Assembly (NCBI GenBank): GCA_951406725.2
Contig: OX597820.1
Coordinates: 87,606,001-87,670,000, forward strand
Length of the DNA: 64,000 nt
Source: Octopus vulgaris
Lineage: Eukaryota
Reading direction: 5' to 3'
Shown here: in pieces, positions 52,685 to 64,000 of the stretch
Numbering within the stretch: position 1 is the stretch's first letter
Layout: each line of letters begins with the position of its first letter
The notes under the pieces: generated by a model
Told to the model about the DNA's origin: nothing
Databases searched by the model: none
The model's input: only the letters and a program-made list of their open reading frames with translations
Made by a program: the position numbers and the translations under genes

Positions 52685-53926
52685 ATAGCAAAGAAATTAA
52701 TGTAACTGCATGTTTGTTAATGATTTAATGTCCAAAATTACTCTCTTGTAATTATGCTGAAATATAGATTGATGTCACAGAACAGAATTGTTTTCAGTCC
52801 AGTCCATCACCATCTTCATTACCCCTTTGTTTTTGATGGATTAAGGCTGATAATTCCTTATTGATAATCCACTCATAATCTATCAATATTATTTGATTTC
52901 TCTTATTGATACCTATTACCAGACATTTTTATACTTCATTTTCATATACATTTTTGATGGAACTCAACTTCTCTTTCAGGCCATAATATCAATGAGGTTA
53001 TTGTTCAGGAATGCAGTTAATATAGCCTCCTCCTCTGTAAAAAATAAATTGAATAAATAAATAAATAAATTGCAAATGTTTCCAAATTTGAAGAAACTGG
53101 AATGTGTTACATATTTTGTGGAAAAAAAAAAATTTTAGTTTCAGATCTATATAAAAATAAACAATTTCGACTTTTTTTTTAAGACATTGAAGTAGGCAGC
53201 CACTTTATATATACGATAAATTTAAGTAGATACATACACTTTATATACATTTACGTACATAAATGTCGGTGCAGCATTCAACATAATACAGAAACAGTTT
53301 TGTAAAACATCATTTAATGGAGAGCAAGGTCAAGAATAGCAGGATTAAGTTTATTTTATTTACTTGTTTGTTTGTTTCACATAAAACAACAGCAGAATAT
53401 ATAAGCAAATGTTTCTTACTTCTCACTGATTGAAGAAAAAACAAACTCAATGAATGCAGTCCTGCTTGGAAGAGAATGAATTGAGTATTTTGATACTCAA
53501 GCTCATGTTTCAATTCCTTAATGCTCTTTTTTTTTTGCCATAAGGAAAAGAAATATAATACAAAATGATTTTTATAGGAAAATTTAACTTAAAGTGGAAT
53601 CTGAAAAATCTGTAAATTTTATCTTCAGTGGGACAAATGTAACAAAGCTATGAATTTATGTAAACATGTAAACAACTGGAAGAAACCAAAGAGTCAAAGT
53701 TAGTTGCTATGTTAAAATCCAACTGCTCTAGAATACATCAAAACTTATCTTGAGAGATCAATGACGGTTTATTTTTATATCTAGCTTTCTGTACATTTAA
53801 TCAATTATATGGCTTATAAGGCTAGATGTGTTACTAAGTGTCAACATTTTTAGTTTTAAATTCTTAACCTAACTACTGTTACATCAATACTGTTTACTTC
53901 CCTGGCACAGTTACTCGTATAACATC

Positions 53927-54332
53927 TACTCTTTTACTTGTTTCAGTCATTTGACTGTGGCCATGCTGGAGCACTACCTTTAGTCGAGCAAATCGACCCC
54001 AGGACTTATTCTTTGGAAGCCTAGTACTTATTCTATCCGTCTCTTTTGCCTAACCGCTAAGTTATGGGGCCGTAAGCACACCAGGATTGGTTGTCAAGCG
54101 ATGTTGGGGGGACACACACAGTCACACAAACATACACATATATATATATATATACACACACACACATATGACGGGCTTCTTTTCAGTTTCCGTCTACCAA
54201 ATCCACTCACAAGGCTTTGGTCAGCCCGAGGCTATAGTAGAAGACACTTGACCAAGGTGCCATGCAGTGGGAATGAACCCAGAACCATGTGGTTGGTAAG
54301 CAAGCTCCTTACCACACAGCCACTCCTGTGTC
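53927..54332 (-). mobile_element. SINE family A, full-length copy
   Basis: Highly similar to 2035-2441. Confidence 0.9.
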
Positions 54333-54453
54333 TATAAAATTGTTGAAACAACCATTATCTGTACTCTTAAACTTACTGAGGGACATCATTTTATGTCCCT
54401 TCAACCTTTTGAAAATAGCTAAATCTTCCTCATATTAGTACTGACTAACTTAA

Positions 54454-54671
54454 CACTTTAGCATTTAAACTGGCTGTATCTGACAAAAATTTCTACCAGT
54501 TTGTTTGTTCAAACTGTCCAGATCCAGCCTCTCACATTTACCCTACAATGTCATTCTAAAAATATACAATTACACCATTGAAATCTTGAAGTTCTGTGAA
54601 TATATGATTAGTTCAAAACAATTTTAATAAATAAGTGTTGCATTTGACAGAATAATCTGAATGCTGAAAGG
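54454..54671. mobile_element. piggyBac-type MITE (second family)
   Basis: ttaa|cactttagcattt ... aatgctgaaagg|ttaa. Confidence 0.65.
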
Positions 54672-54714
54672 TTAAAGGGCAAATGAGATAATGTCTGCCT
54701 TATCCTTGAAAAGA

Positions 54715-55103
54715 TGGATGGATGGAAGCACTCCGTCGGTTATGACGATGAGGGTTCCGGTTGATCCGAATCAACGGGACAGCCTGCTCGTGAAATTAAC
54801 GTGTAAGTGGCTGAGCACTCCACAGACACGTGCACCCTTAACGTAGTTCTCGGGGATATTCAGCGTGACACAGTGACAAGGCCGGCCCCTTGAAATACAG
54901 GTACAACAGAAACAGGCAGTAAGAGTGAGAGAAAGTTGTGGTGAAAGAGTACAGCAGGGATCACTACCATCCCCTGCCGGAGCCTCGTGGAGCTTTTAGG
55001 TGTTTTCACTCAATAAACACTCACAACACCCGGTCTGGGAATCGAAACCGCGATCCTATGACCGCGAGTCCGCTGCCCTAACCACTGGGCCATTGCGCCT
55101 CCT
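54715..55103 (-). mobile_element. tRNA-derived SINE, young, sharing its 3' half with family C
   Basis: Minus-strand head ggaggcgcaatggcccagtggttagggcagcggactcg...ggtttcgattccc with A and B boxes; (ccat)n tail; CpG-rich. Confidence 0.88.
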
Positions 55104-55679
55104 CTGAAAAGATAGAGTTACAGCTGGGACTCTTTGATAAAGGTCTGTTCAGTTAGAGTTGACCAATGACACAACTTACAAACCAAGGTAGTCTGCTTCT
55201 ATGTGGTTGATTTATTTGCTAGAAATAGGAACAAATCTCTTTAAAATCATGAATTAACAGTTTAAAGAATACAGTGAACAATGTAAATCCTGATGGAATG
55301 GTCATAACTGGATTGCTCTTGACTAATAGTCTTATTTCATTAGAGTTGACATAGTGTTAAACTTCAACTTTTAGAGAACCTAAATTTTGAAATAAGTTAC
55401 TGTCATTGAAGTGGAAGATGAAAGCTGACTTGAGATGTCAGAATTCACCTCTCATTCCAAAGAATTATCATTTTATAAGCATTTTAAACTTTTGTTTCAT
55501 TTTATTTCTTTTCTGAAGAAATCCATCCTTAATTTATTTAGATTCCTGTTCTCACATCACTTACTATTGCTCTGCTTCTCACTGCTGTTACATATGTCTG
55601 CCTGCCTGTCCCTTTTACAGACTTTCCTACATCTTTGGCTTGGTATTACTGGCCCCAGTTTCTGAGCGTCTATCTTTTG

Positions 55680-55998
55680 TTTCTTTCACTCATAGGGCTA
55701 CAACCATGCTATGACACTGCCTCCAAGGGTTCAGTCTAATTGACCTCAATACGTTTTTTTTCTTAACCCGGTACTTATTCTGTTGCATCTTTTGCTGAAT
55801 TGTTAAGTTTTTGGCGATATAAACAAACCAACAGAGGTTGTGAAGCAGTTGTGACACACGTACACACACATGATGGACTTTTCAGTTTGTCTACTTTGGT
55901 TGGCCTGGGGATATAGTAGAAAATACATGCTCAAGGTGCTGTGCTGTAAGACTGAACCCAAGGGGCCACATGGTTGGGAAGCAGGCTTCTTAACCACT
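55680..55998 (-). mobile_element. SINE family A copy (old)
   Basis: gtacttattct...gactgaaccc...ccacatggttgggaagcaggcttcttaaccac. Confidence 0.7.
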
Positions 55999-56868
55999 CT
56001 TAACTAATTGTGCTTATTAGGTAAGTCTCTTTTGTAATAGAATGCAATAGAATATCTATTTGTTTATCTATCACAAGGGTAACTTTTCCTGTGGGGGACA
56101 TTGAATTTGGTACTTGACATTTACAGAGCAGCTGTAAATGAGTTCATACTTATAATTGGATGTACTTGGTCATTGGAGGCTAAGTGTCTTGGTGACCCCC
56201 TTGTTTTGTTGTTGGTGCTCTATCACCTTAATCATCTATAACCTCTACATTAATATTGACTTAAAATTTGTTAGCTGAACAATTGACTGTTGATGATGAT
56301 GACGGCCATAATTAGGGAGTGCAGCCACTTAACATTAGCTCTATTGTATGTAGTGTCACTGCATCATATATTAATTCTATGTACACTATTAATTGTATTT
56401 CAGATTTTTTTAAAATATTTCTGTTGTTGATAGGAAGAACATTTAGCCATAAAAACTATGAAACCCATTCAAAATACAATGGAAATGTGAACTTGCAAAC
56501 CTCATTGTAGGCAGCCTGTCTAAGAGAACAATAGCTCCAAACAGAACTTAATACAGAGTAGAGAGTATTCTGTGGTTCTGAAGCAAAGAGCCTCTCAATT
56601 GCTAATGGCATGATGAATCCATTTAATTCATCCCGAAGTGTGTGAGACATGGAGAGATTCACCCAACCCATGCAAACACAAAGGGGTGGGGTGATATAAA
56701 AAATGTTAATTGTATGATGTTTATATTGTTAGTATGTATTTATTTCAGTCGTGTCTTTATCATTGTATCCCTGCAGAAAACTTGTTTAAATTTCCTGATT
56801 TCTAAGTAAAGTCTCTCTTGTATATAGTGACTTCAGTCTGTCATAAGGAACAAGGTTTTCTTCTTTAA

Positions 56869-57093
56869 CCCTTTCATTACCAACATGGCCGAATCTGCCC
56901 CTGGCTCTGTGGTACAAATGTCTTGTTTTCAAAAGGTTTGAATTAATATCTTCCACCAAACCTTAGTCACAATTTATGTTGCTAACACTAGCTTAATGAT
57001 AACTATGTTTGTTATTTTACTAAATTCTTTGTTATACTTTAAATAATTGAAAGTAACACAGAGCATCTCAATAGAAATATGGTAACGAAAGGG
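56869..57093. mobile_element. piggyBac-type MITE, 225 bp
   Basis: TTAA on both flanks; TIRs ccctttcattacca and tggtaacgaaaggg. Confidence 0.85.
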
Positions 57094-58365
57094 TTAATAG
57101 AAATCAATATGAAATGAAAAAGTTGACTAACGAAGAGAGAGAATTGTGGATTAGGTACTCTCTGCTTGAGTAGGGTTGTTGTGGATGACAGTTGATCTTT
57201 GTGTCTACTAAAGGCTCTCCGTAATATCTTCCCTATTTATAAATATGGATTGAAAAATAATCTTATATCAATAATTTTAATCCAGATGTAATTTAACCTT
57301 CTGATGTTATTTGTTATATGTTTCAAACTGAAGAAATACTGAAGTGTCCAAATAATCCAGTAACCTGATAGACTTCAGTAATAAATCATTAGACTGAGAT
57401 AGACATAGATTTATACGATTATAAATGAAATACTGAAATGTCAGGTAGTTTACCAAATATATTTGCCTACTTTTGAATATAATATTTAAATCAGACTAAC
57501 ACTCTTGTTTTCTCTTGTTTGTAATATCTTCATCCCTTGGCCATTGGGTGTCTGCAGCAGAGTCCATTCTGTTGCCAGCATTTAAGCCAATGAGCCTGTC
57601 TGAAGGTAACTTCATCCCCTTCTGTTCACTTAGCTTAAATAGTTTCTCTTCTAAACAATAGAAAAGATTATTGTTGTTGATTCCAGATTATTTTAAGACA
57701 CTCTTGCATATGCTATATGTTTGTAATGATTTCGTATTTGGTCTTATGGTGTAGAATTCTGTGGTCCTTCTGTCATACAGTTTAACTTTTACACTGCTAA
57801 CTCAGATGAAGTGGTTATGTGGTTAGTTTTTTTTATTCTTTGTTATGAAATACTTTGTTCAAATCTACATCTGATGTTTTATATTGTGTATTTAATCTTG
57901 TATATCTCAGTTCACCACCTATTCAGAATTGGTGCCAGCAATCATTATTCTTTCCACTTGTGTCTAGGGTATATTTCTGAACTAGACCCGTACTGAACTT
58001 AAAACCTTTATTTCTAACAACTAGGTCTAATTTTGTAACCACTAGGTTATTCTGAAGGACAATAATCTTGTACCTTTTAAAGTATTTAAACTTTCATTTC
58101 ATATTTCAATTTTTTAAGGACTAGTTCTACATGCATACATTACTATCAAATTTCTCTCATCTCAAACATTTAATCTACTTTGACTTAGTATCCTATCCTG
58201 GGAGATTAATATCCTGAAACTAACTTAACATTGGACTTCATTAATACTTCATGACATAAGAAAAGGCTGCATATAATAATGGTTTTTTTTTCTTTAAAGA
58301 TATCACAAATGTCAATCACTAGTTTTGTAATACCTGTGTTTTTTTTTTTTTTTATCTTTTTCCAG

Positions 58366-58422
58366 TTGTATAATGAAGAAATTCTAGACTTATTGGATCC
58401 AGCTAAAGATTTAGATTCAAGA
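58366..58422 (+). CDS. KIF21: KIF21-like exon LYNEEILDLLDPAKDLDSR
   Basis: Long T tract and ttccag acceptor, aga|gtaagt donor, 57 nt. Kinesin E|LYNEEIxDLL motif. Confidence 0.94.
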
Positions 58423-58739
58423 GTAAGTTTTCTTAATTTTTCATTTTCCAGAAATTAAAAATGCTTTACTTACTCCATTGAGCTTGAATTCCCCAATGTC
58501 TAGTACTACTGACAGTTCTGTGATAAATAAAACACAAGATTTTCTCTGAAATAGTTAAATGCACTTCTTGATTGATAAAACAAAACTTTTATCTTCAGCT
58601 TCACACACCTTAACATCCCAGCACATTTGTGTAATTTGTCACCCTCTGTTGAAATTTGTGACAATCTCTGTTATTTCATTTGCATATTACTTAATGAATA
58701 ATATGTAATACTTTCAATGGCTGTTAACTCTTTTTTCAG

Positions 58740-58832
58740 AATAAAAAATCCCACATAAAGGTCCATGAAGATGCATCTGGAGGTATCTATGTAGTTGGTG
58801 TTAACACTCGGCCAGTTGATTCTCTTAATGCT
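58740..58832 (+). CDS. KIF21: KIF21-like exon NKKSHIKVHEDASGGIYVVGVNTRPVDSLNA
   Basis: tttcag acceptor, gct|gtaagt donor, 93 nt. KIF21-like IHEDxxGGIY motif. Confidence 0.94.
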
Positions 58833-59212
58833 GTAAGTCCCTGTTTTCATATTTAAATATTTATCTTCCATTTAAATAACTCTATATATGTCTGTTTTCA
58901 TACATAAATAAAAGAATTAGAGCCAGATGAGGTCGTTGCATTTTTTTTTCTTTTTAACCATTTAGTTGGTGTCTCTCAATTTTGAGTTAGTAGCTCAGTC
59001 ATATTTCCCCTGTATACTACTAGATGGTCAAAGCAAAAATTAGTAATATTTGGGTTATATCTTTGTGCTAACTGCTTTACCATATCTAAACTTTTAAAAT
59101 TATTTATTGAATTAAAATTTAACTTCAATCTGCTTTTTTCTAAATTTCATGTCTCGTGCCTATACTGAAAACAATTACTGATAGTTTTTTTTTTTTACTA
59201 TTATTTTTACAG

Positions 59213-59338
59213 ACTCTACAGCTCTTAAAAGGTGGTGCACTTTCCCGAGCTACAGCTAGTACTAAGATGAATGTTCAGTCCTCTCGTTCACATGCTATTT
59301 TCTCTCTCCACATCAAGCAAGATAGAATTGCCTCTGAA
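59213..59338 (+). CDS. KIF21: KIF21-like exon with switch I: [42 protein letters not shown]
   Basis: tttacag acceptor, gaa|gtaagt donor, 126 nt. [11 protein letters not shown] motif. Confidence 0.95.
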
Positions 59339-60669
59339 GTAAGTGTTATTTAATTTTCTTTACTATAAATGCTCCCTAATATTTTTTTTTTTTTTGGTGT
59401 GTTTAATTGCTTATTTGCTTGCCACTATTAAAATTGTTAAATGTTACCTGTTTTGGTAATAACATGAAGAACAATATAGAAACCTCCATTCTTCTGTTCA
59501 ATTTGGCTACTTTAATATTTGCAACATAGTTCAGTTTTTGACATTTAAAAAGTTTAATGACTGTTTTAATTAGTGTTATTTAAAAAGTGGCTTCATTATG
59601 GAAACCGTTTAGTAAAAGTTGAGTAATTGAAGCCATGTCTACTGCACTAACATCAGATTGTATTAGTGGATTGGTGGTTAATTGGCTTAATTATTGGGGA
59701 AGGGGAAGTGAAAACAAAAATTACTTTTTTTTTATATCTCATCATTTAACGTCCATTTTCCATGCTGGTGTAGCAAGTCATGAAAGGCAGCAATATGATG
59801 TAATGGTTGTTTGCCTGAATAAGCATAATTGTTGGTAATCCCATTGGTTAAAATTACTGCCCATATTTGAATTCTAAACTTTCATCAAAGAGAATTCGTT
59901 CACTGGTGTCACAATTAGCCAGTGTACTTAAAAAAAAAAAAAAGGCAGTCTCCTTAAGTTTAAGATATACTTCATCCAGAATTCACTGCTAGTCTTTTTA
60001 TTTCTTTAAGGTCTGTAGTAGTGCTGCGGTACCTATAACAAGATAAAAACCTGTTTATACAGGTATTTGAAACCAACTAAATAAATAGTTAAAAAAAAAA
60101 TGTGTAAAAACTGACACAGTATCCTTATTGCAGAGGTTTTGATTGGTTAGAAAATATATTATGTACTTTCTACAGTGTTTTGGCAAAATACTTTGTGTAT
60201 ACCCCAACCCTTTTATCAATAACAGGCTCCAAAATGTCCATAACAATTTATCTACAAAAAATTTATGAATGTGCAATTGTACCTTGATTATGTTGTCGTT
60301 ATGTAATATAGTAATATGTAGTATATAGAAGGCAAAGTAAGTTTCAGGCTGTTATGCTGGTAACTGAATTCAAAGTATGTGGTTTCCAGGGCTATGTATT
60401 CTCTCTATGTGGGGTTTGTTTAAGGCACATCTATTTATGAATGGTGTAATCAAATAAAATAGGTATTTATGAATGGATTGATCAGAAATATAATTTACTA
60501 CATTTATAGGATTACCAATAACATACTGTTTTAATATTTCTTTGGTTCCATTTTTGATTTATGTAAATTGTGTAAAAGAAATTGAACTCCAGGAGCTTCT
60601 AGTACTTATTTCAGGTTCTCTTGTAGAGTAGACAGCATTAGATTTGATCTAACCTATATCAGGTCAATG

Positions 60670-61817
60670 CAGGACTGGATTAACCATTAAGCTGGATTAA
60701 CCATTAAACTTGCTAAAATAATATTCAGGATGTCTTACCTACACTAAGTATAGAAGCAGATGTGTTATGTAAGATTAATTTTGAGGATCTGCTCAAAGAC
60801 TTTGTGGAACAAAAAAGCAGGAAACTTTTCAAATGTAGCGATGGGTGGGTGGGGTATAATGAGTAATATTTACTGCATTTTTTTGATTTGGAGGAAAAAA
60901 AAATTTTTTTTATAAATGTTCACTACCTTGCAAAAACTATATCAGCTAAGCAAATAACTTTTTCTAAATGCATTAAAACTCTGTAACATATTCAGAACAC
61001 TATTTCAGAAAATTATCTCTGTTCTCTTCAAGCATACAGTAAACAAATTTAGGTGGGGCAAAACGAATAAGACAGAATAGTGTAATTTCTCCAGAATTAC
61101 ATTTGAGAAAGACTTGTACGCATCAACATTCATTTTTAGACATCAGAAATGCAACAAAAATTAAAAATATCTAGGGCAAATGAAAGGATCATGATAAAAT
61201 GGCACCTGATGTGAGATTAACAGAACTGAATAAAAAACAAAAGAATCAGCATAAAATATTTACTATAACTTTTTCGCAATCTGTTGGAGCAGTTCTCTTC
61301 CTGATATATTGGACACTGAAACATTTACAAAAAAGAAACTGAAATTGGTCGTTACTCATTTTGCCCCGCTTTACTGTTTTTTGAAAACTATCAAGTATCG
61401 TAGGGAAAAAATTGATTTGGAATCCAACAGAGAAAAGAATTTATTGTTAAACACCAAAAATTATCCAAATATTTTATTAGCAACTTCAGTTACTACAGGG
61501 TCAAAGGTGAGGGAAATTTTCTTGAAATAAAAGAACCTGTCACCTGACTATTTTTCAGAATCTCTCAACTTTGACAACAGCAACTATGCTAATTTTTACT
61601 GTCAAAGGCAATGCATTGGTTTCAAGGGGACATGGGGGAAAACAAAAAGAAATCAGAAATTATTTATTTTGACCCACTTACTCCTTTTGATCCACCCACT
61701 TAAATAAGATTTATTTTATTGTCTATTATTTTGAATTACACATATAGGTGGTGGGGGGGGGGGGGCCTCAAAATCTTTTAAATGCTTAGGGTATCTATGG
61801 ATTTTAATCCAGCCCTG
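60670..61817. mobile_element. Non-autonomous hAT-like element
   Basis: TIRs caggactggattaa and ttaatccagccctg; 8-bp flanks ggtcaatg and ggtgtatg (6/8 match, decayed TSD). Confidence 0.65.
61037..61376. mobile_element. Tc1/pogo-like MITE nested in the hAT element
   Basis: ta|cagtaaa...gtggggcaaaacgaataa versus ttactcattttgccccgctttactg. Confidence 0.5.
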
Positions 61818-62367
61818 GGTGTATGCAAGAATTTCTGTCAAGTATTTAAGCTAATAAAGACTTTCCTTCAATAAAAGAAAACTTCCTCTCTGCAAAGCTG
61901 CCCGCTCCCCCTTTTTTGTTATTATTTTTCTTATGAGTTTATAGAGGTATTGTTAATTACCCTTGTAAGCATTGTAGTCTAGTAAGATTGGTGTCCAGGC
62001 CAATATCTAGGAATGGGGAGTTTATATGAAATGTTTGGAATGGAGGGAATTTCTCTAAAATTTCCCAGTGCTTGGTGGTGACAGTTAAATCAGGAGGTCA
62101 GTTAAACTTATGGTTGTAAAATAGTCATGTGTAAGCTACCGTTACAGGCTGCTGTGCCTGTTTATTTTTTCTGTCCAGAAAACTGGATTATTGAGGTAGA
62201 GGAATGGTAGAAATCTGGTTTATTTCATTTGAATTTAGTTGTAATTTCTTATATAGGTACATGGCTTGAATTTTGTTAGGTGGGTTAGTTTATTAAACCA
62301 CCCACAGTACTTTAACTAGCTCTTCATTGTATTAACCTTGGAAGAAGGTAAGTATTAACTTTGGTAG

Positions 62368-62625
<258 letters not shown>

Positions 62626-63647
62626 TAAAATGGTTGACAGTTCTCGATTCTTTTTTCTTAATATTCTCATAAGAACACTTGATGTTTTTAGTGTTTTGAG
62701 CTCTGGCTCAATTCGGAAAAGTTGGTAAAGAATTAAAGAGACTTATTTGCCAGAAATTTGGCACAAGTACTGATATGATGTGAGTGGGATAGGTCTACAA
62801 TTGTGTAAACTTAGTCCTGCCTTATCTTTTCTGTATGGTCCACTATGTGAAGGTGCATGGTCTAGTTAGTATTCTTCTCACTATCATAAGGGTGTGGGTT
62901 TGATTCTAGGACTAGATGGTGTTTTGTGTCCTTGAGTAAGACACTTCATTTTATGTTGCTCCAGTCTACTCAGCTGAAAAGAATGCCCACATTTTCATGT
63001 TTCCATGGGTCAGATGGAATTTCTTGAAACAGATTTTATATCGTTGGATGCCCTTCCTGTCACCAACACTTGCATGTTTCCAAATAAGTTAATTTTTTCC
63101 CCTATACTTGGATATCTTTTTCCAAAGAAGACTAGAAACAACCTCGTTTGTATGTCGATGTTCATCATAGCCATCGCTTGAGGACTCAAAAAAGGCAGTG
63201 GTTTGCACCTTATAATTGATATTGTATTATCTGTAGCTAAGATACTTAACTTTTAACTGCTAAATACTTAGTTCTGTGTTGGTGCTACAGATGATAATAA
63301 TTTCCTACTGTGAAGTAGTAGAGTAGGCCAAGTAAGGAAGTATTAGCTTTTTTTTGCTGATTCCTAAGCTGGCTAATGTATAGGTTTGTGACAATCATCA
63401 GGAGAAAGCAACCGATAAATATATTTTAAGCTATATTTGGTCATTGAAAAATTTATATTTCACAAGATAATTTGATTGTAAATTATTTTATTCACCAAGT
63501 ATAATTTAGGTTTTGGTGTTAAATACTTTTAACAGATCTCTGTTTTAATAATTATTGATTCAATCTAGTGAATCAACAATTAAACTAGTAGCTTTGTAAA
63601 ATACATGTAAATTTCATCAAATGTTAATAATTTTAACAGTTAGTATT

Positions 63648-63820
63648 AATCATCATCATTTAATGTCCATATTCCATGCTGGCATGGGTTAAACAGCTCG
63701 ACTGGAACTGGTTAGCTGGAGAGCTGTACCATGTTCCAGTCTGAATTTGGTTTGAATGCCCTTCTAAATGCCAACTGCTCCAAGAGTGTAGTTGGTGCCT
63801 TTTATGTGTGGCCAGCACCG
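63648..63820 (-). mobile_element. RTE 3'-end fragment
   Basis: catcatcatttaatgtcca..ttccatgctggcatgggtt...atgcccttct. Confidence 0.75.
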
Positions 63821-64000
63821 ACCTCAAGAGATTTGTGATTTGTCAGCTTTCCTACTTACTAAGACTTTGGTTTTTGTTAAATTAACTCTGAGACCCTTTG
63901 ATTCCAAACCTTGCTTCCACTCCTGAAATTTTTTTCTCCAATTCTGGTAGTGATTCAGCTATAAGAACAGTTATTAGCATAAAAAAGCTCCCAGGGGCAG

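Noticed and set aside
54990-55103. tRNA gene-like sequence (also 24220-24290)
   Set aside because: tRNA-derived SINE heads continuing into the SINE body; no complete acceptor stem or terminator.

Overview
AT-rich, repeat-dense eukaryotic genomic DNA. The SINE and RTE families resemble those of Octopus (cephalopod); this is an inference from repeat content. The window lies within one + strand gene, a kinesin-4 of the KIF21A/B type. Seven GT-AG-bounded exons (10779-62604) splice into one open frame of about 280 codons covering the N-terminal part of the motor domain (RxRP, P-loop GQTGSGKT, switch I NxxSSRSH, switch II DLAGSE). The first exon was not found, and the gene continues past the window end. 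The 13-20 kb introns are filled with three tRNA-derived SINE families, RTE/CR1-Jockey/Tx1/CRE LINE relics, mariner, hAT and piggyBac-type DNA elements and MITEs. Almost all ORF-track entries are spurious or TE debris. Main points: a near-intact DD34D mariner broken only by a 1-nt homopolymer frameshift; a fold-back repeat with Penelope-type minimal hammerhead ribozyme cores; a candidate 4-nt poison microexon upstream of the first visible exon; a perfect 133-bp duplication inserted into a microsatellite; a minisatellite born inside an RTE ORF; and a SINE sharing its 3' tail with a local LINE. Repeat boundaries are read by eye and approximate.
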